Origin: Haliotis rubra | Taxonomy: Eukaryota | DNA: 64,000 nt | NCBI RefSeq assembly: GCF_003918875.1 | Contig: NW_025766392.1 | Location: 682,001 to 746,000, forward strand | Direction: 5' to 3' | Part shown: positions 61,789 to 64,000 of the stretch, one piece after another | Layout of the letters: the number at the start of each line of letters is the position of its first letter | Numbering within the stretch: the stretch's first letter is position 1 | The notes under the pieces: model-generated | Told to the model about the DNA's origin: nothing | The model's database searches: none | Seen by the model: only the letters and a program-made list of their open reading frames with translations | Position numbers and translations under genes: made by a program

Positions 61789-62857
61789 ACTATTGCTGAG
61801 AAATTGACAAAAATAATTTGAAGCATGCATGCTTTCGGGTGGTCAGGCTCGCTGATTTGGTTGACACATGTCATCATATCCCAGTAGCGTAGATCGATGC
61901 TCATGCTGTTGATCACTAGATTGTCTGGTCCAGACTCGATTATTTTACTGACCCTTGGTGCGTACTGGTACATGGATCCAAAGAAGATCTGTACAATCGG
62001 TTTAGTTACAAGCGATATTAAGCTACATTAGAACATAATATGTTTCAAGGAGTGGCATACGTAAAATACTTTCAGTAACATCTCAGATGTATCATGTTAT
62101 TTTTGTTACATTTTTTGTCAGCATCTTCTTACATGTTTTGTCTCAACTATGGAAAGTTATTTACTTTACATATATTATTTTATACACACTGGTACCCATT
62201 TTTGGAAAAATGATGTTACACTGCTTCAAAATGTGTCTCATGATAAATATCAAAGACAGTAAATATATTGTTTGTAGTGGACAAATATATTGTTTTGACA
62301 TCTTTAAACACATTTGTTAGCATTCACATGCATCTCTATACTCAAAGATGGTTCCAAGTGAAAGTGTCCATGAGTAGAGTGATGGGACTTCTTGGGGCTG
62401 TGTAGTTTATGTATCAATATGCAGCCTGCCAACATAAATTAGGTCCATTGTGACACCGGCAAACACTGATAAAGAAAACTAGTTCTAAAACAGTCAGTGT
62501 CTTGACAAATGGCTGGAGTCTGTTCTGGAGCCATCACTTCAGGAATGTTGCCCCAGAGCTGTTTAGGAACAATATATGTGATACATGAATAGGGAACATG
62601 GTACATAAGTACCACTGTCGGGTACATACATGAGACACATTGTACCCTGGTACTTTTTTGTGTTACATGCTTGACCCCAAGGGTATTTGGGTTAGAGTCG
62701 GTCAACAATACTTGTCATGTGAGCTGACTAAATGGATTGGGTGGTTATGCTCAAAGGCTCGGTTGCTTGCTTGTTACTTGGCTCTGATGGTGTTTCACAT
62801 TATGAGCAGTATAAAGTTTAAATGTAACAATTACATCTTACAGTATAGTACGCTACT

Positions 62858-63105
62858 TAGTCTGTTTCACAGTCCTTGAACCATGTTATTTTGCCCTACT
62901 GCCTAGCCCTCCTAGACTAAGGCTTAGTCTCTGAATATATATAATTTTGATAGTAACAAACAAACCCATTTCTATTGAAAAGGAGCCCTAGGGAGACCAG
63001 AGATTCAGAACCTGAGGAAATCTAGACTATATTTATGGCTTTAGCACTGCAGAGAGGGCTTGGCAGTAGGGAAATTAATGTGGTTCAGGGACTGGAGACA
63101 GACTA
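62858..63105. mobile_element. MITE with TAGTCTG...CAGACTA termini
   Basis: Left arm TAGTCTGTTTCACAGTCCTTGAACCA...CCCTACTGCC pairs with right arm GGCAGTAGGG...TGGTTCAGGGACTGGAGACAGACTA. Confidence 0.7.
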
Positions 63106-63357
63106 TAGCCCTCCGTGCAATGCTAAAGCCTAGGGCTCTCTAAAACCCTGCAGTAGAGACTCAATTATTTACAAAGCCCTAGAATATACATGGAATTTGG
63201 CTCAGTGTTTGTTTAACAGCTTAATTTATGCAGTCTACATGTTGATTACATCCTGAGTACCAATTATTACTGCTAAAGGGATATATACTTGAGATGTGCA
63301 GAACACATGTTCAATGACATGTGTTGATGAGGTAGTCCTTGGTACACATATGTACAA

Positions 63358-64000
63358 TTGCAATGCTAAAGCCCTTAAATGAAGTACAAGTCTAGATTCT
63401 GTCTCACAGTCCCTGAACCACATTATTTTCCCTACTGCCAAGCTCCTATCTGCAAGTGCTAAAGCCCTAAATAAAGCAAGTCTAGATTCTGTCTCACAGT
63501 CCCTGAACCACATTATTTTCCCTACTGCCAAGCCCTCTCTGCAGTGCTAAAGCCCTAAATAAAGCAAGTCTAGATTCTGTCTCACAGTCCCTGAACCACA
63601 TTATTTTCCCTACTGCCAAGCCCTATCTGCAATGCTAAAGCCCTAAATAAAGCAAGTCTAGATTCTGTCTCACAGTCCCTGAACCACATTATTTTCCCTA
63701 CTGCCAAGCCCTCTGCAATGCTAAAGCCCTAAATGAAACAAGTCTAGATTCTGTCTCACAGTCCCTGAACCACATTATTTTCCCTACTGCCTAGCCCTCC
63801 CTGCAGTGCTAAAGCCCTAAATGAAGCAAGTCTAGATTCTGTCTCACAGTCCCTGAACCACATTATTTTCCCTACTGCCTAGCCCTCCCTGCAGTGCTAA
63901 AGCCCTAAATGAAGCAAGTCTAGATTCTGTCTCACAGTCCTTGAACCACATTATTTTCCCTACTGCCAAGCCCTCCCTGCAGTGCTAAAGCCCTAAATGA
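63358..64000. repeat. 88-bp satellite running off the window end
   Basis: Unit TCTAGATTCTGTCTCACAGTCCCTGAACCACATTATTTTCCCTACTGCCAAGCCCTCTCTGCAGTGCTAAAGCCCTAAATAAAGCAAG, at least 7 copies. Confidence 0.93.

Overview
This is eukaryotic, repeat-rich animal genomic DNA. The SINE repertoire (Meta/MESC-type, CORE-type, shared LINE-like tails) suggests a mollusc, possibly a gastropod such as abalone; that assignment is inference. No intact, recognisable host protein-coding sequence is present, and most entries in the ORF track are shadows of tandem repeats or SINEs. Contents: (1) the 3' end of a Gypsy LTR retrotransposon (frameshifted integrase, PPT, 201-bp 3' LTR, 1-1767); (2) dozens of copies of about five short retroposon families, many with clear target-site duplications (TSDs); (3) several MITE-type DNA elements; (4) at least ten tandem arrays, several visibly seeded from SINE heads, SINE tails or MITE arms; (5) a Penelope-type insert with a minimal hammerhead ribozyme core (54130-54306); (6) a CpG-rich promoter near 18.5-18.8 kb, followed by a CpG-depleted, probably methylated gene body. 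That body holds four candidate + strand exons that look like a ~42-kb spliced 5' leader full of uORFs, ending in ATG GCC AAG|gt at 60462-60470. The best leads are the pseudoknotted, tRNA-headless 5' end of retroposon family B (candidate ribozyme or promoter), the hammerhead, the spliced leader with a 162-codon frame interrupted only by TGA, and an inverted duplication of a promoter-like module. All alignments were done by eye, so coordinates of degenerate repeats are approximate.
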